Shown here in pieces: positions 37,472-47,600 of a DNA stretch of 64,000 bases. How positions within the stretch are numbered: position 1 is the first letter of the stretch; each line of letters opens with the position of its first letter. Below the pieces are notes generated by a model that was not told where the DNA came from, did not search any database, and saw only the letters and a program-made list of their open reading frames with translations. This DNA is from [Eubacterium] saphenum (GTDB lineage: Bacteria; Bacillota; Clostridia; Lachnospirales; Anaerotignaceae). A program made the position numbers and the translations under genes. The stretch spans positions 162-64,161 of the forward strand of contig SFGI01000013.1 of the NCBI GenBank assembly GCA_004557645.1. Direction: 5' to 3'.

Positions 37472-37654
37472 TCATGCTTTGATTGTGGTTGTATCTTCTA
37501 CCAGCGCAAAGGCTTCTTTATTGACGCCGCAAATGGGGCAGATATAATCCTCCGGCAAGTCCTGCCATTCCGTCATCTCCGGGATGCCGTTTTCAGGTTC
37601 GCCCTTTGCTTCATCATAAATATAGTCACAGGTATTGCATTTATATTTTTTCAC
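37472..37654 (-). CDS. Rubredoxin
   Basis: C-x2-C (CNTC) ... C-P-x-C-G (CPICG) with a YICPICG core. GTG 37654 has better SD spacing than the listed 37663 start. Confidence 0.9.
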   Translation of the reverse strand: MKKYKCNTCDYIYDEAKGEPENGIPEMTEWQDLPEDYICPICGVNKEAFALVEDTTTIKA

Positions 37655-37700
37655 CCATACCACTCCCTTCTTAAGGAAAGTATGACCGAAAAAAACTGTT

Positions 37701-38888
37701 TTATCCTTCTTTCAGAATATCCTGCAAAAAGCTTTCCGCTTCAAAATTGGCACCCAGCCCCAGATAATCGGAAACGGTCTGCCCCAGGTCCGCAAAGGTC
37801 TTTCTTACGCCCAGGTCGACGCCCTCCCTGATATGCTTGCCATATACCAGCACGGGAACATATTCTCTGGAGTGGTCTGTACTGGGGGTTGTGGGGTCAC
37901 AGCCATGGTCTGCCGTGATGAACAGGATATCCTCCTCCTTCATCTGGGCCATGATCTCCGGCAGTTTGCCGTCGAAATATTCCAGTGCGGAAGCATAGCC
38001 CTCCACATCGTTTCTATGCCCATAGATCATATCCGTATCCACCAGATTTGTAAATAAAATACCTTCAAATTCCTCTTTGGCATACTGAATAGTCTTTTCG
38101 ATACCGTCGTTGTTGTTGGTAGTATGGTCTGTACGGGTCATACCCCGATGCTCGAAAATATCCTCGATCTTTCCCACTGCCGTCACATTCATGCCTTTTT
38201 CCTTAGCCAAATCCAGAATCGTCACGCCCGTCGGCTCCAGGGAAAAGTCTCTTCTGTTTTTGGTACGGGTAAATTCGCCGTTTTTGCTGCCAATAAAGGG
38301 TCTAGCGATAACACGGGCCACACCGTGTTCCCCCATCAAAATCTTTCTTGCCTTCTCGCAGATTTCATACAGCTTTTCCACAGGGATGATTTCCTCATGG
38401 GCTGCAATCTGGAACACACTGTCCGCAGAGGTATATACGATGGGATAGCCCGTTTTCATGTGTTCTTCCCCCAGCACATTGATGATCTCTGTGCCCGATG
38501 CGGAATAGTTGCCCAGTGTTTTTGTACCGATGGCTGCTTCAAAAGCATCCATCACTTCTTTTGGAAAGCCCGTTTCCGTATAGGTAGGGAAGGGCTTTGC
38601 CGTGATGATGCCTGCCATTTCCCAATGGCCTGTGGTGGTATCCTTGCCGATGGATCTTTCCCCCATCTTGCCAAAGGCTCCCATGGGTGCGTCCACCTTG
38701 CCCAATAGTTCGATATCCTTCCCCTGAATATTGCCCAAGCCTAGGGCGCAGAGGTTTTTCAAATTGGTCTGAGGTCTTGCTTTTTTGATGTTTACCAGTG
38801 TATTGCTGCCAACATCGCCGAATTTCGCCGCATCAGGCAGTTCCCCGATGCCCACGCTGTCCAGCACGACAATGATTGCTCGTTTCAT
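37701..38888 (-). CDS. deoB: Phosphopentomutase
   Basis: [20 protein letters not shown]... and the ...ADHGCDPT... metal-site pattern. Confidence 0.95.
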   Translation of the reverse strand: MKRAIIVVLDSVGIGELPDAAKFGDVGSNTLVNIKKARPQTNLKNLCALGLGNIQGKDIELLGKVDAPMGAFGKMGERSIGKDTTTGHWEMAGIITAKPFPTYTETGFPKEVMDAFEAAIGTKTLGNYSASGTEIINVLGEEHMKTGYPIVYTSADSVFQIAAHEEIIPVEKLYEICEKARKILMGEHGVARVIARPFIGSKNGEFTRTKNRRDFSLEPTGVTILDLAKEKGMNVTAVGKIEDIFEHRGMTRTDHTTNNNDGIEKTIQYAKEEFEGILFTNLVDTDMIYGHRNDVEGYASALEYFDGKLPEIMAQMKEEDILFITADHGCDPTTPSTDHSREYVPVLVYGKHIREGVDLGVRKTFADLGQTVSDYLGLGANFEAESFLQDILKEG

Positions 38889-38892
38889 ATGC

Positions 38893-40209
38893 TCAATCCT
38901 CCTGTCTGATGATTTTCCAAATCAGCGGCGGCTGTTTTACCGCCTGTTTTTCCTCAATGGTGATTGCTTTTTTCAGGAAATCCGCAGCAGAACGGCATTT
39001 TTCCTTACTTTCACTATACACAACGGCCATCGTTTCTCCTGTTGCAATTGCATCACCTGTTCGTTTTTTCATCACAATGCCTGCGCCAAAATCCAAGGGC
39101 TGCCCCTTGAACATGCGCCCTGCCCCCGTTTCCTGAGATGCCCTGCCAATCATAGCCGTATCCATACGGGTGATGTACCCTGCTTTTTCCGCCTTCACTT
39201 CCAATTTCCCAGGGGACAAAGGCAGCAGTTCGTAGTTGTCGATGATACCCACATCGCCGCCCTGCTGTGCCAGCAATTCTCTGAACTTGGCAAGTCCCTT
39301 GCCATTTTTGATCTGCTCCAGCAAAAGGGCTTTGCCTGCTTCTTCCGTCTCCACTCTTCCTGCCAGCAGCAGCATATTCGCTCCCAGGATCAAGGAAACC
39401 TCCAACAGATCGCCGCCAACGTTGCCCTTCAGCACCTCCATAGCTTCTATCACTTCCAGGCTGTTGCCGATATACATGCCCAAGGGCTGATCCATGCCGC
39501 TGATGACTGCCGTCACCTTTCTGCCCACGTGTCTGCCCATATCCGCCATGGTGGTCGCCAGCTTTTCGGCACTTTCCAAATCCTTCATGAAGGCACCGCT
39601 GCCGCATTTCACATCCAGCACAATGCCGTCTGCCCCCGCCGCAATCTTCTTGGACATGATGCTTGCCGCAATCAGAGGGATGCTGTCCACTGTCCCTGTT
39701 ACGTCCCGCAGAGCGTAAAGCTTCTTATCCGCAGGGGTCAGGTCATCGGTCTGGCTCATCAGCACAATGCCGCTTTTCTTCCCGAAACGCAAGGCTTCTT
39801 CCTCCGTCACATCCACCCGAAAACCGGGAATGGATTCCAGCTTATCGATGGTACCGCCGGAAAAACCTAGCCCCCGTCCGCTCATTTTTACCACTGGCAC
39901 CCCAACGGAAGCCACCAGCGGAGCCAAAATCAGGGTCGTGGTATCTGCCACGCCGCCGGTGCTGTGCTTATCCACCTTGAAGCCCTCCACCGAGGACAGG
40001 TCAAACATACTGCCGGAATGGGCCATCTCCATGGTCAGGTGGGCGGTTTCCTCCGCATCCATGCCATTGAGCAGGATCGCCATCAGCAGGGAGGAAATCT
40101 GATAATCGGGCAAAGAACCGTCCGTCACGCCCTTTACGAAAAATGCGATCTCTTCCTTTGTCAGTTTTTTGCCGTCTCTTTTTTTGATGATGATATCCAC
40201 GAAATTCAT
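38893..40209 (-). CDS. pdp: Pyrimidine-nucleoside (thymidine) phosphorylase
   Basis: [23 protein letters not shown], 438 aa. Confidence 0.93.
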   Translation of the reverse strand: MNFVDIIIKKRDGKKLTKEEIAFFVKGVTDGSLPDYQISSLLMAILLNGMDAEETAHLTMEMAHSGSMFDLSSVEGFKVDKHSTGGVADTTTLILAPLVASVGVPVVKMSGRGLGFSGGTIDKLESIPGFRVDVTEEEALRFGKKSGIVLMSQTDDLTPADKKLYALRDVTGTVDSIPLIAASIMSKKIAAGADGIVLDVKCGSGAFMKDLESAEKLATTMADMGRHVGRKVTAVISGMDQPLGMYIGNSLEVIEAMEVLKGNVGGDLLEVSLILGANMLLLAGRVETEEAGKALLLEQIKNGKGLAKFRELLAQQGGDVGIIDNYELLPLSPGKLEVKAEKAGYITRMDTAMIGRASQETGAGRMFKGQPLDFGAGIVMKKRTGDAIATGETMAVVYSESKEKCRSAADFLKKAITIEEKQAVKQPPLIWKIIRQED

Positions 40210-40301
40210 GAGTCAGCCTCCTTTCGCAGAATCGTATTTACATAATAATAGATTTACGAGTTTAGTCTACCACAAAAACAGTAAAATTACGATAGCTTTC
40301 C

Positions 40302-40337
40302 CAAAAAGAAAAACGCCGATATCAAAGGATATCAGCG
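40302..40337 (-). terminator. Intrinsic terminator after the C_GCAxxG_C_C gene
   Basis: ACGCCGATATC / GATATCAGCGT (one mismatch), with TTTTTCTTTTT on the minus strand. Confidence 0.7.
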
Positions 40338-40345
40338 TCATTTTC

Positions 40346-40759
40346 TTATTTCTTTTCCTGCAGCAGGTGCTTTTCGATGATCTCCGCCGCATCCTGCATA
40401 CAGCCGGGGCAGCTGCGCAGCACCACACCGGTATCCACGCCCTTCAGGGTGCGGCATTCTGTGGACTGGTTCTTGGCAATGAATTCTTCTGTCATAGGTT
40501 TCAGGGTATTGTAGCAGTCCAGCTTTGTCTTGGGATGCTCCAAGTCAGCGTCGGAAACCTTCAGCCCCACCAGATATGCCATGGCAGAAACGGCACCGCA
40601 GGTCCCCATGGTTGCCATACCTCTGCCAAAACATTCCGTGGCGCGAAAAGCCTCTTTTTCCTCCACGCCGAACAGGTCGCTGTAGGCACAAGCCACCGCC
40701 TGAGCGCAGTTATAGCCCTTCTGATGTTTTTCCATTACTTTATCGTATCTCTCTGTCAT
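40346..40759 (-). CDS. C_GCAxxG_C_C family redox-type protein
   Basis: GYNCAQAVACAYSD and TCGAVSAM Cys motifs typical of the family. Confidence 0.8.
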   Translation of the reverse strand: MTERYDKVMEKHQKGYNCAQAVACAYSDLFGVEEKEAFRATECFGRGMATMGTCGAVSAMAYLVGLKVSDADLEHPKTKLDCYNTLKPMTEEFIAKNQSTECRTLKGVDTGVVLRSCPGCMQDAAEIIEKHLLQEKK

Positions 40760-40813
40760 TTTATCATTCCTCCGTAAATGTTCCTGCGGCTTTAGTATCT
40801 CAAGAAAAAGAAA

Positions 40814-40838
40814 AGGATATTCCGATTTGGAATATCCT
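40814..40838. terminator. Bidirectional terminator after rpsT
   Basis: AGGATATTCC, loop GATTT, GGAATATCCT, flanked by A- and T-runs. Confidence 0.8.
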
Positions 40839-40855
40839 CTTTTGTCTGCCTCAAA

Positions 40856-41116
40856 TTACAGGCTGTTTACCAGTCTTGTCAGGGAAGATTTTTTTCTAGC
40901 CACTGCGTTTTTGTGGTAGATGCCTTTGATGTATGCTCTGTCGATTGCGGATACAGCGTTTTTCAGAGCTACTGCAGCTGTTTCTTTGTCGCCAGCGTTT
41001 ACAGCAACGATTACTTTCTTCATAGCTGTTTTAACCTGAGATTTGATCATTTTGTTTCTCAGTGTTTTTTTGTTGATTACTTTGATTCTTTTCTTAGCAG
41101 ATTTGATATTAGCCAA
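40856..41116 (-). CDS. rpsT: 30S ribosomal protein S20
   Basis: MANIKSAKKRIKV... Confidence 0.97.
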   Translation of the reverse strand: MANIKSAKKRIKVINKKTLRNKMIKSQVKTAMKKVIVAVNAGDKETAAVALKNAVSAIDRAYIKGIYHKNAVARKKSSLTRLVNSL

Positions 41117-41284
41117 TGTAATTTCCTCCTAAAAATACTTTAAATGTGGTTTTCTCTGTTCGATATTGGGGAATATCGCTCTTTCATCTTACTATTAACC
41201 ACCTTTGAGGGCTTCTCCCTCCGACACGGTTTGGGGCATTTTTTCACACTCTCTCGAGCACCCCGTGGTTAACTCAACGGATAT

Positions 41285-41313
41285 ATTTTACCCTATGAAT
41301 GGGAATAAGTCAA
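41285..41313 (-). promoter_or_regulatory. Sigma-A promoter of rpsT
   Basis: On the minus strand: TTGACT (41313-41308), 17 nt, TAAAAT (41290-41285). Implies a leader of about 160 nt. Confidence 0.65.
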
Positions 41314-41370
41314 TGAATACTTTTCAAAACTACGAAAAAAATAAACAAAAAGCAGAAAGGCTGTGAATCC

Positions 41371-42384
41371 ATGAAGCAGAAAAAAGAAAATTCGGCGAAA
41401 CTCTCCTTCTCTGTTCGGACAGACCTTGCCATCGAAGCCCGAGAGCTGGCGCAGCGTGAAGCTGCCAAAGCCGATGAATTGGAAGGCGTAGAGGTGGAAA
41501 CAGAGGAACAGCCGGAATATTCCCTCACCCATGTACGCATCGTTTCCGAACAAGGCAGCCAGCGCATGGGCAAGCCTATGGGCAATTATATCACATTGGA
41601 ATCAGAAAAGCTAAAGGAAAATGATGTAGAATGTCACGAAAGGCTCATCGCCATTCTGGCGGAAAATATCCGTTCTCTGGCAAAGCTGAAGGAAGATGAC
41701 TGTATCTTGGTGGCAGGTTTGGGCAACTGGAACATCACCCCCGATGCGTTGGGGCCCAAAGTAGTCGCCAAAATTTTAGTGACCCGCCACCTGCAGGGCA
41801 CTTTGCCGGAGGAGATCGAACGGTCTGTGCGCCCCGTTGCCGCCATCAGCCCCGGTGTCATGGGCATCACCGGCATCGAAACCGGCGAGATCATCAAGGG
41901 CATCGTAGATAAGCTGCACCCTTCCCTGCTCATCGCCATTGATGCCCTGGCTGCCCGCCATTCCAAACGCATCAACGCCGCCATCCAGATGAGCGATACA
42001 GGCGTCGCCCCCGGTGCAGGGGTCGGCAATCGACGAATGATGCTGGATGAAGAAAGCCTCGGCATCCCCGTCATCGCCATCGGCGTGCCCACTGTGGTGG
42101 ATGCTGCCACCCTCGTCAACGATACCATGGACCGCATCTTAGGAGAAATGATCCAGCAGACAGAAAAGGGCAGCGAATTTTATCAGACCCTCCGTTCTCT
42201 GGAACAAGAGGAAAAATACCAGATGATCGCTGAAATTTTAGGCCCCTATACGGGAAATATGTTCGTCACTCCCAAGGAGGTGGATGCCGTGGTAGATCGT
42301 CTGGCAAATATCATCGCCAACAGCATCAACATCGCCCTCCACCCCGGCATCACCATGGAAGATATCAATAAATATAATTCCTAA
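41371..42384 (+). CDS. gpr: GPR endopeptidase (spore germination protease)
   Basis: RTDLAIEA...GLGNWNITPDALGP...AIDALAAR pattern. Divergent from rpsT, as in Bacillus and Clostridium. A possible forespore-type promoter (GAATA-N17-CAAAACTA) lies upstream and is unverified. Confidence 0.92.
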   Translation: MKQKKENSAKLSFSVRTDLAIEARELAQREAAKADELEGVEVETEEQPEYSLTHVRIVSEQGSQRMGKPMGNYITLESEKLKENDVECHERLIAILAENIRSLAKLKEDDCILVAGLGNWNITPDALGPKVVAKILVTRHLQGTLPEEIERSVRPVAAISPGVMGITGIETGEIIKGIVDKLHPSLLIAIDALAARHSKRINAAIQMSDTGVAPGAGVGNRRMMLDEESLGIPVIAIGVPTVVDAATLVNDTMDRILGEMIQQTEKGSEFYQTLRSLEQEEKYQMIAEILGPYTGNMFVTPKEVDAVVDRLANIIANSINIALHPGITMEDINKYNS

Positions 42385-42419
42385 AAAGAAAAGCCCAGAC
42401 AAAAAATCTGGGCTTTTAT
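42385..42419. terminator. Bidirectional terminator (gpr / pncB)
   Basis: AGCCCAGA (42392-42399), 7-nt loop, TCTGGGCT (42407-42414), then TTTTATC. Confidence 0.8.
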
Positions 42420-42442
42420 CATATCAAAATCAGGGTTTCCAA

Positions 42443-43900
42443 TTACATTCCGCTCATGGCTTCGATCAGCTTCAGCTTCATGGCACTCAGCTTATCGGAA
42501 AGGTCAACAGGAACGATATCGGGGTTTTTCAGACGCTTCTGTTCATCCCACAGGGTATCCTTTTCCTTATTGCAGTAAGCCTGGATATCCATGGTTTCAG
42601 GGCATTCATAAACCTGCTTGCCATCCACGATCACGGGAACCAGCAGTTCTCTCAGGGTATAGGTGCCTGTAGGCAACTGCATGCTCTTCCATTTTGCATT
42701 GGTGTCATAGATATGCAGATCCATATCTTCTGTGAAAACTTCCTCTTCCAGGGCCAGCAGGTCGGCTTTGATCTTGCCTGTCTGCTTATCGTAGATACGG
42801 ATGATCTTCTTGATGCCGGGGTTTGTTACCTTTTCAACGTTATTGGACAGTTTGATCTTTGGTTCAAAATCGCCGTCCTCTGTTTCTTCTGCTGCCAGCT
42901 TATAAACGCCGCCGAAGGCAGGGCAGTCATCGGATGTGATCAGTTTTGTACCAACGCCCCACAGGCTGATGGTAGAACCCTGCAGCTTCAGGCTGGTAAT
43001 CAGGTTTTCATCCAGGTCGCTGGAAGCAGAGATGATGGCATCGGGATAGCCCGCTTCATCCAGCATCTGTCTTGCACGTTTGGACAGATATGCCAGGTCG
43101 CCGCTGTCCAGACGGATGCCATAGCCTTTTTCAGGCAGAGTGCCTGCGGCTTTCATTTCATCAAATACACGAATCGCATTGGGTACGCCGCTCTTCAGAG
43201 TATTATATGTGTCCACCAGCAGGATACATGCATTGGGGAACAGCTTTGCGTAGGTGCGGAATGCTGTCAGTTCGTCGGGGAAGCTCATCACCCAGCTATG
43301 GGCATGGGTACCCTTGACAGGAACGTTATACAGCTTGCCTGTCAGCACATTGCTTGTTGCAGCGCAGCCGGCGATAACAGCCGCTCTGGCACCCAGTGTG
43401 CCTGCATCGGGGCCCTGGGCACGGCGCAGACCAAATTCCAGAACAGGGTCGCCCTTGGCAGCGTGTACCACACGGGATGCCTTTGTAGCGATCAGGCTCT
43501 GGTGATTGATGATATTCAGCAGTGCGGGTTCGATCAGCTGTGCTTCGATGATGGGTGCTTTGATCCGCATCAGGGGTTCATGAGGGAATACCACTGTGCC
43601 TTCGGGAATGGCATATACCTCCCCTGTAAAGCGGAAATCCTTCAAATATGCAATGAAGCCTTCGGTAAAAATATGCAGGCTTTCCAGATATGCGATATCT
43701 TCTTCTGTGAAGTGCAGTTCATTCAGATATTCGATGGCCTGCTGCAGCCCTGCCATAATGGCATAGCCGTTCCCGCTGGGGTTTTTTCTGTAGAACAGAT
43801 CGAATACGACCTGTCTTTTATATGCGCCGGTTTCATAGTAGCCCTGCATCATAGTCAGCTCATACAAGTCTGTCAGCAGTGCAAAGTCTCTACCTTTCAT
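42443..43900 (-). CDS. pncB: Nicotinate phosphoribosyltransferase
   Basis: ALLTDLYELTMMQGYY... N-terminus, about 485 aa. ATG 43900 follows AAGGAGA. Confidence 0.93.
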   Translation of the reverse strand: MKGRDFALLTDLYELTMMQGYYETGAYKRQVVFDLFYRKNPSGNGYAIMAGLQQAIEYLNELHFTEEDIAYLESLHIFTEGFIAYLKDFRFTGEVYAIPEGTVVFPHEPLMRIKAPIIEAQLIEPALLNIINHQSLIATKASRVVHAAKGDPVLEFGLRRAQGPDAGTLGARAAVIAGCAATSNVLTGKLYNVPVKGTHAHSWVMSFPDELTAFRTYAKLFPNACILLVDTYNTLKSGVPNAIRVFDEMKAAGTLPEKGYGIRLDSGDLAYLSKRARQMLDEAGYPDAIISASSDLDENLITSLKLQGSTISLWGVGTKLITSDDCPAFGGVYKLAAEETEDGDFEPKIKLSNNVEKVTNPGIKKIIRIYDKQTGKIKADLLALEEEVFTEDMDLHIYDTNAKWKSMQLPTGTYTLRELLVPVIVDGKQVYECPETMDIQAYCNKEKDTLWDEQKRLKNPDIVPVDLSDKLSAMKLKLIEAMSGM

Positions 43901-43939
43901 TTTCAAATCTCCTTTTTTCTGGTTTGACAGGGTGATAGG

Positions 43940-43967
43940 AATATACTTTTTGGACACATCCTGTCAA
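43940..43967 (-). promoter_or_regulatory. Candidate pncB promoter, bracketed by a 9-bp inverted repeat
   Basis: On the minus strand: TTGACA (43967-43962), 16 nt, TATATT (43945-43940). TTTGACAGG (43923-43931) and CCTGTCAAA (43960-43968) flank it. Confidence 0.45.
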
Positions 43968-44122
43968 AACTAATATTTACCACAAAAAGTATATCGTATT
44001 AATTATACATATTTTTTACAGGAAAATCAAACTTTTTAAGGTGTCTATACACAAGAATTTACATATTATCCCCAAAATGACCATTTCTATCCACATTTTT
44101 ACCAAATCTTTCCAGAATCTAC

Positions 44123-44168
44123 AGTATGTTGTATACAGTAGTCCTGCATACAACATACTTTTGTTTTC
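44123..44168 (+). terminator. Orphan plus-strand intrinsic terminator
   Basis: AGTATGTTGTAT (44123-44134) pairs with ATACAACATACT (44148-44159), plus 3 inner bp, followed by TTTTGTTTTC. There is no plus-strand gene upstream. Confidence 0.65.
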
Positions 44169-44181
44169 CGCGAAAAAAGGC

Positions 44182-44210
44182 TTTACAACCCATTTTACAA
44201 ATTGTATAAT
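44182..44210 (+). promoter_or_regulatory. Sigma-A promoter of the ileS leader
   Basis: TTTACA (44182-44187), 17 nt, TATAAT (44205-44210), preceded by TG. Confidence 0.7.
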
Positions 44211-44216
44211 ACACAG

Positions 44217-44492
44217 GTAAATACGTTAAAAACACTGTGAAGGAGACAGTATGTATCCTCAGCCTGAGCGCAGAGAGATGGGAAAAGGTGCGATCCCGTC
44301 CTTGGGGAAGATACAGAAAATCACTCCGGAGTGGCAGACCGAACAGCTTCGCTCAGTAGACTCTGTCGTGGCCCGCGTTAAGGGAAAACATCATGATGGT
44401 GATGTGTCTAAGCTGGGCGGCGTTTTTTGCCGTCAAATCAGGTGGTACCGCGAGCTCCTTCGTCCTGTGTGGATGAAGGGGCTTTTTAGTTT
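44217..44492 (+). promoter_or_regulatory. T-box riboswitch leader (tRNA-Ile sensing, inferred from the downstream gene)
   Basis: Conserved T-box sequence AAATCAGGTGGTACCGCG (44435-44452). AGAGA and GGTGCGA stem-I motifs at 44270-44295. A 12-bp terminator stem (44454-44482) is followed by TTTTTAGTTTT. Confidence 0.85.
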
Positions 44493-44609
44493 TCAGAATA
44501 AAAAGCGGAAAAACCGCACCATCATACATACAAAAGAAAAACAGGAACAAAACACAAAAGAACACTCGATTTTGAAAAGTATCTACTATCACTTTAAGGA
44601 GGAATTCAA

Positions 44610-47600
44610 ATGTACGACAAAGTCCCCAATAACATGAACTTCGTCGAAAGAGAAGTACAGGTTGAAAAGTATTGGAAAGACAATGACATCTTTGGCAAAA
44701 GTATCAAAGCAAGAGAAGGCGCCCCCGTATTCACATTCTACGATGGCCCTCCCACAGCCAACGGCAAACCCCATATCGGTCACATCATCACTCGTGCCGT
44801 AAAAGACCTGATTCCCCGCTACAAAACCATGAAGGGCTACAAAGTCCTGAGAAAAGCCGGCTGGGATACCCACGGTCTGCCCGTTGAACTGGAAGTAGAA
44901 AAAACCCTGGGTCTGGATGGCAAAGACCAGATCGAAGGTTACGGCGTAGAGCCCTTCATCGGCAAATGTAAAGAAAGCGTATGGACATACGAACAGGAAT
45001 GGCGCTCCATGAGTGACCGTGTCGGCTTCTGGGCTGATATGGACCATCCCTACGTAACATACCATAATGAATATATCGAATCCGAATGGTGGGCACTGAA
45101 ACAGATCTGGGACAAAGGCCTGCTGTATAAAGGTCACAAGGTTGTTCCCTACTGCCCTCGCTGCGGCACAGCCCTTTCCTCTCACGAAGTGGCACAGGGC
45201 TATAAGGATGTAAAGGAAACATCCGCTATCGCGAAATTCAAAATGGAAGGCACAGAAAACACATATTTCCTGGCTTGGACAACAACCCCTTGGACACTGC
45301 CCTCCAACGTTATCCTGTCTGTAAACGCCAAGGAAACCTATGCAAAGGCAAAATATGAAGATTACTATGTCATCATGGCAGAAGCCCTGATGGACAGCAT
45401 TCTGGGCGAAGGCAAATACGAAATCGTGGAAAGAATGAAGGGTGCCGATCTGGAATACGTGAAGTATGAACCCCTGTTCTCCTTCCAGCCTCAGGGCGAA
45501 GATTTCAAAGGCTATTTCGTAACCTGCGACGACTATGTAACACTGACAGACGGTACCGGTATCGTTCATACAGCGTACGCTTATGGTGAAGACGACTACC
45601 GTGTATGTAAAAAATACGACGTAACTTTCTATCAGAATGTAGACACCACCGGTCACCTGACTGCTCTGGCTGGCCCCTTCGAAGGCCTGTTCGTGAAAGA
45701 TGCAGACCCCGTTGTTCTGAAATATATGGAAGAAAACGGCACACTGTTTGCTGCTCTGCCCTTCGAACACAACTATCCTTTCTGCTGGAGATGTGACACA
45801 CCTCTGCTGTACTATGCAAGAAGCACATGGTTCATCAAAATGACAGCATTGAGAGATAACCTGGTTCGCAACAACAGAACCATCAACTGGTATCCCGATA
45901 ACATCAAAGAAGGCCGTTTCGGCAACTTCCTGGAAAACGTAATCGACTGGGGTCTGTCCCGTGAAAGATACTGGGGCACACCACTGCCCATCTGGGAATG
46001 TGAATGCGGTCACAGACATACTGTAGGCAGCATCGCTGAACTGAAGGAAATGTCTCCCGACTGTCCCGAAGATATCGAACTGCATAAACCCTTCATCGAT
46101 GCGGTACACATCACATGCCCTCAGTGCGGCAAGCTGATGACAAGAGTACCCGAAGTTATCGACTGCTGGTTCGACAGCGGCTCCATGCCCTTCGCACAGT
46201 GGCACTATCCTTTTGAAAACAAAGAGATCTTCGATGAAAACTTCCCTGCAGACTTCATTTCCGAAGCTGTTGACCAGACCCGCGGCTGGTTCTACACCCT
46301 GCTGGCAGTCAGCACGCTGATCTTCGACTGCGCACCCTTCAAGAACTGTATCGTTCTGGGTCACGTACAGGATAAAGACGGTCAGAAGATGTCCAAACAC
46401 AAAGGCAACGTTGTCAACCCTTGGGATGCACTGAACAAACAGGGTGCCGATGCCGTTCGCTGGTACTTCTATGCAAACTCCGCTCCTTGGCTGCCTTCTC
46501 GTTACTACGACGAAGCAGTATCCGAAATGCAGAGAAAATTCATGGGTACACTGTGGAACACTTACGCATTCTATATCCTGTATGCGGAAATCGACCAGTT
46601 CGACCCTACAAAATATACTCTGGAATACGACAAACTGGCACCTATGGATAAGTGGATCCTGTCCAAGCTGCAGACACTGAATAAATTCGTGGATGAATCT
46701 CTGGAAGGCTATAAGCTGACAGAACCCGCCCGTGCCATGGTAGATTTCCTGGACGACCTGTCCAACTGGTATGTAAGAAGAAGCCGTGAACGTTTCTGGG
46801 CAGAAGGCATGGAACAGGATAAAGTCAATGCTTACATGACTCTGTACACTGTTCTGGAAACTATGGTAAAACTGGCTGCGCCTTTCACACCTTTCATCAC
46901 AGAAGAAATCTATGCAAATCTGGTGAAGAAGGTAGACGTAACTGCGCCTGAATCCGTTCACCTGTGCGATTGGCCCGCATACCACGAAGAATGGGTAGAT
47001 GCTGATCTGGAAGCAAATATGGACTTCGTACTAAAAGTAGTCGTTGAAGGCCGTGCAGCTAGAAACGCCAGCGCAATGAAGAACAGACAGCCTTTGGCTA
47101 TGATGTATGTGAAAGCAGATCAGACACTGCCCGAAGCCTTCTGCGATATCATCAAAGAAGAACTGAACGTAAAAGCAGTTACTTTCACAGACGACGTAGA
47201 AGCCTTTACAACATACACCTTCAAACCTCAGCTGAGAACACTGGGTAAGAAATACGGCAAGCTGGTACCCGCCATCGGCGCTTACCTGAAAGAAGTAGAC
47301 GGCTCTGCATTCATGGCAACCCTCCGTGCAGACGGCAAAGCTTCCTTCACTGTAGACGGCAGCGAAGTTGTTCTGGAAATGGATGACGTACTGATAGATA
47401 CAGCAGAAAAAGGCGGCTTTGTATCCTCCGGCGATAACAGCCTGACCGTTGTTCTGGATACCAACCTGACACCTGAACTGGTGGAAGAAGGCTTCGTTCG
47501 TGAAATCATCTCCAAGGTTCAGACCATGCGTAAGGAAGCTGACTTCAACGTGACAGACCGTATCCGCGTTTACCACGACGGCAATGGGAAGATCGCAGAG

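Noticed and set aside
44085-44228. 47-codon plus-strand ORF (MTISIHIFTK…) between pncB and ileS
   Set aside because: It has no SD upstream (tatccccaaaATG). It runs through the orphan terminator hairpin and the ileS promoter, so it is most likely non-coding.
44251-44637. 128-aa ORF upstream of and overlapping the ileS start
   Set aside because: It covers the T-box leader: the T-box sequence at 44435-44452, then the terminator and its T-tract. It is non-coding regulatory RNA.
44589-46985. 798-aa ORF antisense to ileS
   Set aside because: It is exactly codon-aligned with ileS, so it stays open only because ileS lacks TTA/CTA/TCA codons. Its composition (very rich in F, C, V, H, Q) looks like a shadow frame. 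There is no SD or promoter context, and ileS itself is unambiguous.
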